From a virus: a DNA stretch of 64,000 nt. The DNA lies in IMG/VR virus record IMGVR_UViG_3300031754_000001, positions 1 to 64,000 of that record. One strand, written 5' to 3'. Each line of letters starts with the position of its first letter. Positions within the stretch are counted from its first letter, which is position 1. This document shows positions 47,045 to 57,585 of the stretch, in pieces. Under the pieces are notes generated by a model. It worked only from the letters and a program-made list of their open reading frames with translations. It was not told the DNA's origin and ran no database searches. The translations under genes were made by a program, and so were the position numbers.

Positions 47045-47674
47045 ATGTCCGGGTACAAGCCAGTCGGTACCGAGCTGCTGTACTCCTATGCCACCCCGGC
47101 GACGATCAGCGTGGTGTCCGCGTCGGCGGTAACGATCACCGCCGGGTGGCCCGCCATCGAGATCCCGGCGCATTTCTTCTCCAACGTGGGTGACTGGTCG
47201 TCCTCGCTGCGGTTCAGGATGGGCGGGTTCATCACCACCACCGCGACGGTTCCCACATTCCAGTGGGGCCTGGCCGCCGCGATCAAGGCCAGCCCCCCGG
47301 CGTTCTCGGCGGCGACGCCGCTCGGCCAGACGGCCGCGGTCATCCCCAGCGCGACCGGCGTGACCGCCGCGTCCTGGTTCCTGGACCTGGATATCACCCT
47401 GAAGACGCTGACCGGGGTAGCGACATCGGTCCTGGTCACCATGGGCAAGGTCGACATGCCGGGGATTGTCGCGGCACCGTTCCTGGGCGCGACAGTTCCC
47501 GCCGCCGCCGGGGCAAACACGATGTCCACCTACGACGTGAACCAGCCGTACCACCTGTGGCCGTTCCTGACCCTGGGCGCCGCGACGGCAGGCAATCAGG
47601 TCACTGCCCAGTACGCGAAATTGTATGGCGAGAATTTACCGGAGCGAGAACTAGCAGGAAATGGCGGTAACTGA
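47045..47674 (+). CDS. structural protein; in-frame TTA at 47636 near C-terminus
   Basis: ..KLYGEN then TTA..AAC-TGA. Confidence 0.75.
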   Translation: MSGYKPVGTELLYSYATPATISVVSASAVTITAGWPAIEIPAHFFSNVGDWSSSLRFRMGGFITTTATVPTFQWGLAAAIKASPPAFSAATPLGQTAAVIPSATGVTAASWFLDLDITLKTLTGVATSVLVTMGKVDMPGIVAAPFLGATVPAAAGANTMSTYDVNQPYHLWPFLTLGAATAGNQVTAQYAKLYGENLPERELAGNGGN

Positions 47675-48866
47675 TGGCCGGCACGACGAACATCCCGCTG
47701 ACCACCCTGGCTCCCGGCACGTACAGTTTCGGGCCGGCGGCCCTGGCCGACACCGACTCCCAGGCCGTGCTCACGGTTGACCGTACCCCGGCGGGCGGGC
47801 TGAATTCCGCGCCCGTCACCACGACAGTGCAGATCATCGTGCAACAGAGCGACGACGGCGGCGCGACCTGGGTGCAGCGAGTCGCGTACACCCTGTCCGG
47901 CGGGTCCTACGCCAAAGGAGCCAACCCGCCGGTCACCACATCCGGGTGCGTCTGCAACTTCCAGCCCGCAACGGGCCGCGAGGTCCGGGCGCAAGTCGTC
48001 GTCGCGGGGGCCTCCATCGCGGTAGCGGGCAGCCTAGTCATCTCCTGATCTGCCGTATGTCTTCGTAACTCGCGCCAGGAGGTGACCGGGACGTGACGAC
48101 GCTGACGGTTACCGCCACCCAGGGCACAAGCAGCGCAACCGGAATGCTCATGCGCATCCGGGTACTCACCGGGGCTGCCGCCGCCGCCGCCCAGACCGGA
48201 GGCTCAGTTGCGGCCGGCGGCGGGGCCACGTCATCCGTTAACATCACGACGACCGTTGCCGGATCTCTCGTTTACGGCGCTCTCGGAAACCAGGGTTCCT
48301 GTGCCACCGGGGAACCGTCCACCACCATCGTTGATAATTTCGATGACACGGTAGCCGGGCAGTGGTACGGCTCGTACCGCACCACCGCCGTCACCGGGAC
48401 GCCCGGGGTGACGCTTGTCGGGTCGACCGTCAGCAACGGCTTCGGGTCGATCGCGGCGCAGGAAATCCTGGCCAGCGGGACCATCGCCGAAGACGCCTCC
48501 GCGCCTGCTGTCGTCAGCAGTAACTCCCTGACCGCGCTGACCTCGGCTAGTTTCACCCCGCCGCCTGGCAGCCTGATCGCCGTCATGATCCAGTGCGACG
48601 GGACGGCCAGCGGATTCGAGACCTGCACGGTCACCGATACGGGCGGCGGCCTAACCTGGGCGCAGAAGGCCAACACCAGCGCGATCAGCGGCTGCCTGTA
48701 TGCCGGCGTGTGGATCGCGGACGTGCCGGCTAGCGCAGCAGCTTCCGCGCAGTCCGCGCTCGTTCAGCGCGGGCGCCTGCGCCGGAACCGCGGGCGCGGG
48801 CGCCGCCAGCAGCTGCAGGTCAATCCCGGTCGGCCGGGCTTCGAGGGCTGGGGGCACCCGCTGTGA
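47674..48866 (+). CDS. two probable structural proteins (47674-48048, 48093-48866)
   Basis: Thr/Ser/Gly-rich beta-type ORFs; TGATG coupling and SD GGAGGTG. Confidence 0.7.
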
Positions 48867-50743
48867 GCCTGCTCCTGCTGTTCGGCGGATCCGTCACCTT
48901 CCCCGGAACCGTCACCCTGGGCGGGGCCGGGTCCCTGGGCACCGCCGCTACCCAGCTGCCCGCAGCCGTTACCCTGTCCGGCACCGGCTCGCTGGCCGCG
49001 CTCGCCACCCAGCTCCCGGCCGTCATTACGCTGGGCGCGGCCGGCTCGGTCGGCAACCTGGACATCACCAGAGCCCCGGTCACCCTGGGAGCTGCCGGAT
49101 CCCTGAGCACCGCTGCCGTGCAAGGCGCCGGCGCCACCCTCGGGGCCGCGGGATCGCTGACCGCCCCGTCCGTCCTGATTCCCGCCGCCGTCACCCTGGC
49201 CGGCACCGGATCCCTGGCCGCGCTCGCTACCCAGCTCCCGGCTGCCGTCACCCTCGGAGCGACCGGTTCTATCGGGAACCTGGATATCACCGGAGCCCCG
49301 GCTATCCTTGGCGGTGCAGGTGCGGTCACGACAGCCGCCGTGCAGGGTACAGGTGCGGTATTCAGCGGGGCCGGCCAGCTGACCGCACCTTCCGCGCAAC
49401 TGGCCGGGGCGGTGCTTGGCGCTGCGGGCTCGCTGGCCGCGCTCGCCACCCAGCTCCCGGCCGCCGTCACCCTCGGCGCCGCGGGCTCGGTCGGCAACCT
49501 GGATATCACCGGGACACCGGTCACCCTCGGCGGTGCCGGCTCGATCACGACGGCTGCCGTGCAGGGCGCCGGGGCGACGCTGGGCGGTGCAGGATCGCTG
49601 GGCACGGCCGCCATCCAGCTGGCCGGGGCGGCACTCGGTGCGACGGGCTCGCTGGCAACAGCCGTTATCCAGCTGGCCGGGGCGGCACTCGGCGGCGCGG
49701 GCTCGCTGGCGGCCATGCCGGGAGGAACCGGGGCCGGGGTCGTGACACTCAGCGGCCAGGGCTCCCTGAGCGCTCCTGCCGTCCAGGGGGTCATCGTCAC
49801 CCTAGGCGCGGCCGGGAACCTGTCCGCAGCCGCTGTGACCGCTGCCGGGGCCACCCTGGGCGGAGCAGCCTCCATCGGTACCCCAGGTGCTGTCCAGCGC
49901 GCTCCCGCGACGCTGGGAGCGGCAGGCTCGGTCGGGAACCTGGATATCACCGGGGCTGGCGCCGCGTTCGGGGCAGCCGGAACGCTGACGACTGCGGCTG
50001 TCCAGATGGTGCCTGCCGTGCTCGGGGGCGCCGGATCGCTGAGCACGGCAGCCATCCTGAGCGCGAGCACGGTCCTGGGTGCTGCCGGGGCGGTAACGGC
50101 CTCCGCCATGATCGTGCTCCCGGGTACGGCTGCCCTGAACGCGGCCGGATCGGTGACCGCCGGGACAGGCGGCAGCGGCAGCGGAACGCTCGGGGCGGCC
50201 GGAACGCTGACGACAGCGGGAACCCTCGCTCCCCCGGTTACCCTGGCCGGGACCGGCGCCCTGAGCGTCCTCGCCGTCCAGGGCGCCGCCGCTGCGCTGG
50301 GCGCCGCCGGGTCACTGATCGCGGTCACGGCCCTGGGCGCGGTCACGACGCTGGGTGCCGCGGGCTCGCTAGGCACCCTGCCGCCGTCTCAGGGCGGCAG
50401 CCTGAATGGCCAGGGCACGCTGAACGCCTCGCTCAGCACGATTCTCGTCCCGGTTACCCTGTCTGGCACCGGGTCGCTTGCCACGCTCGCGGCACTGCGG
50501 GCCACCGCCATCCTGACCGGAACCGGGATCCTGACGGCCGGGGCTGCCCAGCTGGCCGGGACGACCCTGGCCGCGGCCGGATTGCTGACCGCGCTCGGCA
50601 CTACGCACCCGCCCCAGATCAAGGGCTTCAGCACCGCGTACGGCGTGACCCGGCCCGTGCAGTCAGCGGCAGCCGTGACCGAAGCCGCGGGCATGTCCGC
50701 CAGCGTGACCGAGACCGCCGGATCGTCTTCCGGCGTATCCTGA
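48863..50743 (+). CDS. Ala/Gly/Thr repeat protein
   Basis: About 30 repeats of 18-19 aa (VTLGAAGSLxxxAxQ). Confidence 0.75.
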   Translation: MSLLLLFGGSVTFPGTVTLGGAGSLGTAATQLPAAVTLSGTGSLAALATQLPAVITLGAAGSVGNLDITRAPVTLGAAGSLSTAAVQGAGATLGAAGSLTAPSVLIPAAVTLAGTGSLAALATQLPAAVTLGATGSIGNLDITGAPAILGGAGAVTTAAVQGTGAVFSGAGQLTAPSAQLAGAVLGAAGSLAALATQLPAAVTLGAAGSVGNLDITGTPVTLGGAGSITTAAVQGAGATLGGAGSLGTAAIQLAGAALGATGSLATAVIQLAGAALGGAGSLAAMPGGTGAGVVTLSGQGSLSAPAVQGVIVTLGAAGNLSAAAVTAAGATLGGAASIGTPGAVQRAPATLGAAGSVGNLDITGAGAAFGAAGTLTTAAVQMVPAVLGGAGSLSTAAILSASTVLGAAGAVTASAMIVLPGTAALNAAGSVTAGTGGSGSGTLGAAGTLTTAGTLAPPVTLAGTGALSVLAVQGAAAALGAAGSLIAVTALGAVTTLGAAGSLGTLPPSQGGSLNGQGTLNASLSTILVPVTLSGTGSLATLAALRATAILTGTGILTAGAAQLAGTTLAAAGLLTALGTTHPPQIKGFSTAYGVTRPVQSAAAVTEAAGMSASVTETAGSSSGVS

Positions 50744-50799
50744 TGACAGGCCAGCCGCGGTCAGACGGTCCGTGCGGGGTTCCGGCGTGAGGAGCCCGG

Positions 50800-51747
50800 G
50801 TGACGGCGACCGTCTTCTACGACAACGTGAACGAAGTGGCCCTGATCGCCAACACGTTCACCAACGCCGCAGGAGTCCCGGCTGACCCGACCACGGTATC
50901 CTGCGTCATCACCGACCCGGCGGCCACCGTGGTCACGCACTCCTACGCCGGGACGCTGCCCGCCGATATCGTGAAGGTGAGCACCGGCAAGTACACGCTG
51001 GCCGTGCCGTGCTCGCCGGCCATCGCCGGGGTTGACGGGCTGTGGGGTGCCGGGTGGATCGGCACCGGGGCGGTTTCCGATGTCCAGCCGGTCACCTGGC
51101 GGGTCCTGCCGTTCAGCACGTCCCAGCTGTGGTACATCGGCCTGGAGGAATTCAAGGACCGTCTCGGCATCACCGACAATACCGACGATTACGCCTGCCA
51201 GACCGCGATCGCTGCGGCAAGCAACTGGGTCAATGAATATACGGGACGGCATTTCAACCGGGTCACCGAGACGCGCACTTTCGTCCCGTATGACATTTAC
51301 CGGCTGAACGTCGACGACATCGTGCCCGGCACGGCGATCACGCTCAACGTCGATTTCGACGGCGACGGGACTTACGAGCAGGCCTGGGTCAAGGATGTCG
51401 ATTACCAGCTGTTCCTGGGCAGGAACACGTTCAATACCGGCTCGTCCGGGGTGCAGCGGCCGTATGAGAAAGTCCGGGTGATCACCTCCGGGCGTACCTT
51501 CCCGTTCTTGTGGCCGTTCGCCCCGCTTAACCGGGTGCAGATCGCGACGACGTGGGGCTGGCCCGCGATCCCGCCGGCTGTCCCCGAGGCTACCCGGATC
51601 CTGGCCGCGGACGAGTTCAAGATGAAAGACGCGCCTTTCGGCGTCGCAGGTGTCTCCGACTACGGCATCGTGAGAATCCAGAGCAACCCGTGGCTGGTGG
51701 AGAACCTGCGCCCTTACGTGCGAGGTCGTCGTAAGGTCGGAGTATGA
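50800..51747 (+). CDS. head-tail adaptor with N-terminal extra domain
   Basis: YIGLEEFKDRLG..AAASNWVNEYTGRHF..TWGWPAIPPAV..A..LA..KDAPFGVAG..L.PY. Confidence 0.85.
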   Translation: MTATVFYDNVNEVALIANTFTNAAGVPADPTTVSCVITDPAATVVTHSYAGTLPADIVKVSTGKYTLAVPCSPAIAGVDGLWGAGWIGTGAVSDVQPVTWRVLPFSTSQLWYIGLEEFKDRLGITDNTDDYACQTAIAAASNWVNEYTGRHFNRVTETRTFVPYDIYRLNVDDIVPGTAITLNVDFDGDGTYEQAWVKDVDYQLFLGRNTFNTGSSGVQRPYEKVRVITSGRTFPFLWPFAPLNRVQIATTWGWPAIPPAVPEATRILAADEFKMKDAPFGVAGVSDYGIVRIQSNPWLVENLRPYVRGRRKVGV

Positions 51748-51975
51748 GGCATATCCGGAAGCATTCACGGACACGGCGCATACTGATCGATTCTCACGAC
51801 TTGCGTTTCGGCTTGTTCTATGTAAAGAAACATAGTGCATGGATCCATCTGCCCGGAGTGGTCATTCGCCTGAAAGGAGACGGCTGATGTTCATCCTGAC
51901 CACCGTGAATTGCAGCGCGCTGGTGCCCGTGATCATTCCGAGAGCAGGCGCGGGCAGCCGGGGCGGGCGCGGGCG

Positions 51976-52224
51976 GTGAAGATCATGATCCTGGCCGGAT
52001 GGCGGCGGCTGATCATCCAGGCGGGCGGCTGGTCCCTGATCGATCTCGATATCCTCAGCCCGCTGCGCAGCCCGGCAGCGGTCCGGTCTGTTCCCGACGT
52101 GCCCGGCACGGACCCGCGCAGTACCACGGGCGCCCAGGTTGAGCAGGCCGGCGAGCCCGCGCCCGGGTTCGGGTTCCGCGGCAGTATCGCCACCGTCGTG
52201 GCCCGTGACAACAGGAAAGACTGA
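51976..52224 (+). CDS. hypothetical protein
   Basis: 82 aa ending with a GFGF motif. Confidence 0.45.
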   Translation: MKIMILAGWRRLIIQAGGWSLIDLDILSPLRSPAAVRSVPDVPGTDPRSTTGAQVEQAGEPAPGFGFRGSIATVVARDNRKD

Positions 52225-52225
52225 C

Positions 52226-52858
52226 ATGGCGGTCAAGATCGGCGTGGTAGGCGACCTGTCGTTCGGGGACCCGGGGCGGCTGGCCGCGGTGCTCGACGCC
52301 GCGCTGATCGCCTGCGATTACGTGGTTCAGGTAGGCGATCTGCATCCGGCCTATCCCCAGGTGACCTCCCGGTACGCGACTAGCGGGCATAAGCTGTTCC
52401 CGGTCCCGGGCAATCACGACGTGGATTACAACTCGATCGGCTGCCCGCGCACCTGGCGGCTGGACCTGCAGGCACCCTCAGTGACCCTGCTTGGCCTGGA
52501 TAACGCGGCCGGGTCGCTGAGCCCGGATTCCAAGGTCCTGTTCAACGCGGCCAAGACCGCCCGGTTCGAGTTCGTTTTCGCGCACATGCCGCCGTGTGAG
52601 CTGGTTCTCCCGGATGGAAGCACTAACGGGCATAACATGGCCGAAGCCGGCGGCGGTGCCGACGCGGACTGGCTGACGAACATGCTGAAGACCCGGGCTG
52701 ACGCCATGTTCTGCGGGCATTACCACGGCTGGACCTATCAGCAGGCCCCGTTCGGGCCGATTATCGTGGACGGCCGGGGTGGCGCGGCGCCTGAGCTGGC
52801 CTATACCCTGCTCACCGTTACAGACGAAGGCTGGGTACTTCACTCAGTTGGGGTGTGA
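52226..52858 (+). CDS. calcineurin-like metallophosphoesterase
   Basis: VVGD, QVGDL, VPGNHD, FAHMP, FCGHYH. Confidence 0.9.
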   Translation: MAVKIGVVGDLSFGDPGRLAAVLDAALIACDYVVQVGDLHPAYPQVTSRYATSGHKLFPVPGNHDVDYNSIGCPRTWRLDLQAPSVTLLGLDNAAGSLSPDSKVLFNAAKTARFEFVFAHMPPCELVLPDGSTNGHNMAEAGGGADADWLTNMLKTRADAMFCGHYHGWTYQQAPFGPIIVDGRGGAAPELAYTLLTVTDEGWVLHSVGV

Positions 52859-52859
52859 C

Positions 52860-53606
52860 ATGGCCGCCCAGCCGCGCAAGGCTAAGCGCTCCCCAGCTCA
52901 GGTCAAGGCGAGCCAGGCGTTCGCGCGGGCCGGGCGCGCGGCCCAGGCTAAGGTCCGGCAGGCGGCAATCGCCAAGACCGGCAAGCCGCCGCCCCGCAGC
53001 AGGAAGCAGCAGGCAGCGTCCCGGAACTTCGCCGCGGCCGGGCGCGCGGCCCAGGCAGCCCGGCGGGCAGGCAAGCAGCCAGTCAAGCCGAAAGCCGTGG
53101 CAGCCCCGTGCCCGGATATGCTCGGTTCAGCCGGGAGCCTCAATAAGCCGGCCCCCCAGTTGCGCCCAACCGGGCTCCCGGCACCGCTGAACTCCCAATT
53201 CCAGTTGGAGCCAGGGCCGTTCATTCCAAGTGAACCGGCCTTCTCGTTGCACCGCCTGCCCGCCTGCGGCCCGGTCGCGCTGGCTGAGCACCTGGCCGTC
53301 TTCACCGGGATCCTCGTCCCGGACGAGGCCATCCTGGCGCTGCATGACCGGGCTGGGGTGATCAGCCTGGACGGCCTGCTCGAACGCGTCGCGGCGGAAG
53401 GACTGGCCGGGCCGGAGACGAGACTGGCCCACTTCGAACGGTGCGATCCGGATACGGCCGTGCCCGGCCTGATCTACGGGATCCAGCTGCGCGTCGGCTA
53501 CCATGCGGTACTGCTGCGGCCGGACGGCATGCTGAGCTGGGGTCAGGTAATGCCCCGGCACGGCGTCCCGGCAGAGGCCTGGTGGCTGGAGTGGGAGGCG
53601 GAGTGA
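52860..53606 (+). CDS. basic-repeat protein with C-terminal papain/C39-like motifs
   Basis: Two ASxxFAxAGRAAQA repeats; ACGPVALA..GYHAVLL..LSWG. Confidence 0.6.
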   Translation: MAAQPRKAKRSPAQVKASQAFARAGRAAQAKVRQAAIAKTGKPPPRSRKQQAASRNFAAAGRAAQAARRAGKQPVKPKAVAAPCPDMLGSAGSLNKPAPQLRPTGLPAPLNSQFQLEPGPFIPSEPAFSLHRLPACGPVALAEHLAVFTGILVPDEAILALHDRAGVISLDGLLERVAAEGLAGPETRLAHFERCDPDTAVPGLIYGIQLRVGYHAVLLRPDGMLSWGQVMPRHGVPAEAWWLEWEAE

Positions 53607-53724
53607 GCCCGGCCCGGCGTCGCAAGCGGAAACGACTGCCGTGGATGGTCCGGGCGATGGCAGCTATCCTCACGACCCGGAAGAGGAAGCGGAAACGGGA
53701 ACCGGGCGACGTCGCGGAGGCTGA

Positions 53725-54009
53725 ATGAACGAGCAGCCGGAGAGCGGGGAGAACCCGGAACTGCCGGGCCTGGAAGAACTCCTGCGCGCATCCCAGGGCA
53801 TCACCCCGGACATGACCGGCGCGATCAGCGCGATGGCCTCGGTTCACGCCCAGTGGCGCCAGGCGTGGGCGGACACCGGCAAGTTCACTGACGAGGAAAC
53901 GTTCGAGCTGGTCCGCCTCTTGGTAGCCTCGTCTGCCGGGGGAATCCGCTCGCTCGGGTTATCCTGGCTGCCGGAGGGACGTACTAGTCACCGCCGCCCG
54001 GGAAGCTAG
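53725..54009 (+). CDS. hypothetical protein; in-frame TTA at 53959
   Basis: ..GKFTDEETFELVR..IRSLG then TTA. Confidence 0.65.
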   Translation: MNEQPESGENPELPGLEELLRASQGITPDMTGAISAMASVHAQWRQAWADTGKFTDEETFELVRLLVASSAGGIRSLGLSWLPEGRTSHRRPGS

Positions 54010-54146
54010 CCGGAAAATCGCGACCCCGGGCAGGAGCGTGAGTAGCCGGCTCGGCGCGCTCTCCCTCCGGATATCTGGCACACTGGTAAACGCAGCGGGC
54101 CGGAGGAACCGGACCCAGGGCAGGCATCACCGGAGCCCCTGCCCTC

Positions 54147-54884
54147 GTGCCTGACCTCACCCCGGACACCGCGGCCGAGCAGCACCGCCTGCTTGCCCAG
54201 GCTGACGCGATGGACGGCCTGCCGCAGGCTCCCGCGGGTACCCGCCAGGACCGCGGCGACCGGGCCGGCGAGGCTCGCGCCCTGCTTCAGGATCTCGCCG
54301 TGAAACGAGACGAGATCCGGCGGCTGCGCCGGGAAGCCTTCCGCTCCCATTCGCTGGGCCGCTGGGTCACCCTGGTAATGCGCGATCAGGCCGGCGGGGT
54401 CTTCTCCGGCCACCAGCTGTGGGCGCGGAACCCGCATGTCCGGTCCGGCAGCCAGCTCACGTTCGGTGAGCGGTCCGCCGACATCATGCGGAATGCGTTC
54501 GGGTCCTGGGCGTTCGTCGGCGGGTTCCTGGCGTTCATGGCCTCCTGGATGATCCTGAACTCCGTCCTGCTGGCTCACGGCGGGTTCGACAAGTACCCCT
54601 GGATCCTGCTGAACCTGGGCCTGTCGATGATGGCCGGGCTGCAGGGCGCGCTGATCCTGATCGCCGCCAAGCGGGCCGACCGGGTGCAGGCAGAGCAGGC
54701 CCTGGCGCACTACGCCGAAACCTCCAAGCTGGATGCGCTGCAGACCCAGAACAACGAGATGACCGCACGGATCGAGACGGCTACTAGCCTGCTCGCCGAA
54801 ATCCACCGGCATGTCAGCGCGCTGTCCCCGGAAGCCGGCACGTTCAGCCCGGATGAGGTCCCGCCGGAGAACGGCTATGGCTGA
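54147..54884 (+). CDS. DUF1003-like membrane protein
   Basis: TFGERSAD..FGSWAF..FDKYPWILLNLGLS. Confidence 0.85.
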   Translation: MPDLTPDTAAEQHRLLAQADAMDGLPQAPAGTRQDRGDRAGEARALLQDLAVKRDEIRRLRREAFRSHSLGRWVTLVMRDQAGGVFSGHQLWARNPHVRSGSQLTFGERSADIMRNAFGSWAFVGGFLAFMASWMILNSVLLAHGGFDKYPWILLNLGLSMMAGLQGALILIAAKRADRVQAEQALAHYAETSKLDALQTQNNEMTARIETATSLLAEIHRHVSALSPEAGTFSPDEVPPENGYG

Positions 54885-55582
54885 TGAAAGCCCCCCGGTC
54901 ATGCTGGACTGGTCGCTGTGGTGCGGTCGGCATCTGGAGCCGTACCGGGCACGGTGGCCGGAAGGCGCGATGGTCGCGATGATGCGGCTGTTCGACGCGG
55001 CCGTGAAGATGCCCGCCGTGGCCGAGGCAGCCGGGCATAAGACGGAGAACCTGACCGGGGCGCTGCAGCGATTCGCGCCGCTGTGCTGCTTCATCAGCCG
55101 GGACGAGCTGGAAGCGATCTACGCCGAGACAGTGCTGCTGCCCCCGGGAGCCGGCCATGGCTAACCTGATCGCCATCCGGAACGCGATCGCCGCGAATAT
55201 CACGAAGTACACCGGGCTGCGCGCGGACGGCCAGGCCCGTGATTCCGTTACGCCGCCCTGCGCAGTAGTGCTGCCCGGCAGCCCGTACATCACCTATGCC
55301 GTCACCATGGACGGCGCGCTGAATTTCAATTTCATCGTCCTGCTGATCATCTCCGATGCCGCCCCGGTGGAGAAAACCCAGCGAGCCCTGGACGCGCTGC
55401 TCGGCGCGGGCAAGAGCACAGACGTGACCGGATCGGTCCCGATGGCGATCGAGCAGGATAACACCCTCGGCGGGACGGTGGATTTCATCCAGTCGGTCAC
55501 GGCTACGAATTACGGCCGCATCGATTACGCCGGCCAGACGTATTTCGGGGCCAGGGTTAACTGCGTCGTAGGAGGAATGTGA
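54877..55582 (+). CDS. hypothetical protein (54877-55164) and tail terminator-like protein (55157-55582)
   Basis: IRNAIA..TPPCAVV..AIEQDNTLGG.V pattern in the second ORF. Confidence 0.7.
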
Positions 55583-57585
55583 TGGTCACCACCGCCTGGC
55601 ACGTCGAGCGCGTGCGGATCGAGGAGTACCCGGTCCCGGGCAAGCCGCTCGGCCGCCATGTCTACCACGATTCCCGGAACAGGGCCTACCCGTGGCCCCG
55701 GCAGGCCGGCCGGGAACTGACCTCCCAGCTGTGGACCCGGCACACGCCGATCCTCGATCAGGGATCTATCGGGTCATGCTATCCTCCGGGTGTGAGGATA
55801 CGAATGGCTGATGGCAGTGAACGGCCCATTGAAGACGTGCGGCTCGGTGAGCACGTAGCTACGGCCGAAGGGAATACTGGCCGCGTCATGCAGACAATGA
55901 TCCGAGACGAGGATGGCGGTCTTATCCGCCTGATCTTGTGGGGGCACAGTCACCTGCGCATGACCCGCGAGCACCCGGTCCTGACCAAGCGCGGTTACAT
56001 CCCGGTCAGCAAACTTCGCGTCGGTGATCAGGTAGCCCTCACTCGGTACTTGCCAGAGCAGTACACAACTCATGTCGTCACAGCCGGGCACATTGCTCAG
56101 CCAAGTCACCGGGTTGTCCGGGGTACCCGCTGGCAGGGGCTTCCCGGACGCCGCGGGCTAACTGCAGGCAGTCACATCATCCCGGAAAAGATCGAGCTAA
56201 CTCCGGCATTCGGGCGGCTTATCGGGCTATTTCTGGCAGAGGGCAACATCGATGAAGCCAAGGTGGTCTTCTCCCTGCACCTGAATGAGAAACCCACGCT
56301 AGGTGACGAGATTGCCTCAATCATGTCGGCCTACGGTGTCCAGGCTTCCCGGCGGGACCTGCCAGAGCACCACGGTCACAAGGTCAGCGTGCACGGCACC
56401 GGATGGGCACGGCTCCTGTCATCGCTATGCGGGAACGGTGCGGGACTCAAACGCCTGCACCCTGACCTGACTTCTGGCCCGCCGGAATTTCTGGAGGCAG
56501 TCTTGTCCGGTTGGCGAGATGGGGATGGCCACCGTAAGAAGGATGCCGCTGAGCATACCGGGATCACGATCAGCCACGATCTTGCCCTGGCCATGTACGA
56601 CATTGCCCAGGCTCTCGGCTACCGGCCAGTCATCCGCCATACCCCGCCAGTCGTTAACGGGTTTGCTCGGACCCGGCAGTGGCGCTGGGAAGTAGCTACA
56701 TCGGGCTTGAACGCCCGGAATTACAGCACCCAGGATGATCAGCATGTCTGGCGGAAGGTTCGCGAGATCCGGCTGGAGGATTACATCGGACCGGTTTATG
56801 ACCTGACCGTGGAAGGCGATCACTCCTATGTTGCCGAAGGTGTCGGCGTACACAACTGCACCGGTAACGAGGAAGCAGGCGCGCTCGGCACCGACCCGCT
56901 GTTCGCCGCCCTGCGCAGCGGCTACCCGGTGCTGGACGAAGCGCTGGCGGTCAGGATCTACTCGATGGCCGAGACCATCGACGGGGATGGCCCGTACCCG
57001 CCGAACGACAACGGATCGTCCGGGCCGTCCGCTGCCCAGGCCGCGAAGAACCTCGGCCTGATCGCCGGGTACCTGCACTGCTTCAGCCTGGCTGACGTGC
57101 TCGACGCGCTGGAGGCCGGCCCGGTCGGCATCGGCGCCAACTGGTATGACTCGATGGATTCACCGGACAGCTCGGGCCTGGTGGTCATCAGCGCGGGCGC
57201 TCAGGTCCGCGGCGGCCACGAGTTCCTGTGCCGGGGCAAGGACACCGACGCCCGGCTCCTGCACTTCGACAACAGCTGGGGCACGTCATTCGGCGTCAAC
57301 GGCAGCTTCTCCATGGGCTACGCCACCCTGGAGCGGCTGCTGGCCGAGCAAGGCGACGCCACCGTCTCGCTGCCGCTGACTGCACCCGCTCCGGTACCCG
57401 TCCCTGTTCCCGTGCCAGTACCGCCGGCTCCTGTCCCCACGCCGCCGAACCCCGGCCCGGACACAGATCCCGCCGACGATGCCCTGGCCAGGACCGTCTC
57501 CAACTGGGCGCAGGGGCATCACACGGGATCGAACGAGCGCGCCGCCAGGGCCATCCAGGCGTGGCTCACGGCGAAGGGGCTTTAG
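55579..57585 (+). CDS. papain-like (C1) cysteine peptidase with intein, possibly lysis- or virion-related
   Basis: LDQGSIGS|CTGN, GGHEF, DNSWG..FG.NG.F. Confidence 0.88.
   Translation: MMVTTAWHVERVRIEEYPVPGKPLGRHVYHDSRNRAYPWPRQAGRELTSQLWTRHTPILDQGSIGSCYPPGVRIRMADGSERPIEDVRLGEHVATAEGNTGRVMQTMIRDEDGGLIRLILWGHSHLRMTREHPVLTKRGYIPVSKLRVGDQVALTRYLPEQYTTHVVTAGHIAQPSHRVVRGTRWQGLPGRRGLTAGSHIIPEKIELTPAFGRLIGLFLAEGNIDEAKVVFSLHLNEKPTLGDEIASIMSAYGVQASRRDLPEHHGHKVSVHGTGWARLLSSLCGNGAGLKRLHPDLTSGPPEFLEAVLSGWRDGDGHRKKDAAEHTGITISHDLALAMYDIAQALGYRPVIRHTPPVVNGFARTRQWRWEVATSGLNARNYSTQDDQHVWRKVREIRLEDYIGPVYDLTVEGDHSYVAEGVGVHNCTGNEEAGALGTDPLFAALRSGYPVLDEALAVRIYSMAETIDGDGPYPPNDNGSSGPSAAQAAKNLGLIAGYLHCFSLADVLDALEAGPVGIGANWYDSMDSPDSSGLVVISAGAQVRGGHEFLCRGKDTDARLLHFDNSWGTSFGVNGSFSMGYATLERLLAEQGDATVSLPLTAPAPVPVPVPVPVPPAPVPTPPNPGPDTDPADDALARTVSNWAQGHHTGSNERAARAIQAWLTAKGL
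55777..56856 (+). mobile_element. intein with LAGLIDADG endonuclease (360 aa)
   Basis: Starts CYPPGVRIRMADG; TREHPV; IGLFLAEG and LSGWRDGDG; VYDLTV; ends VHN; +1 Cys. Confidence 0.94.
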
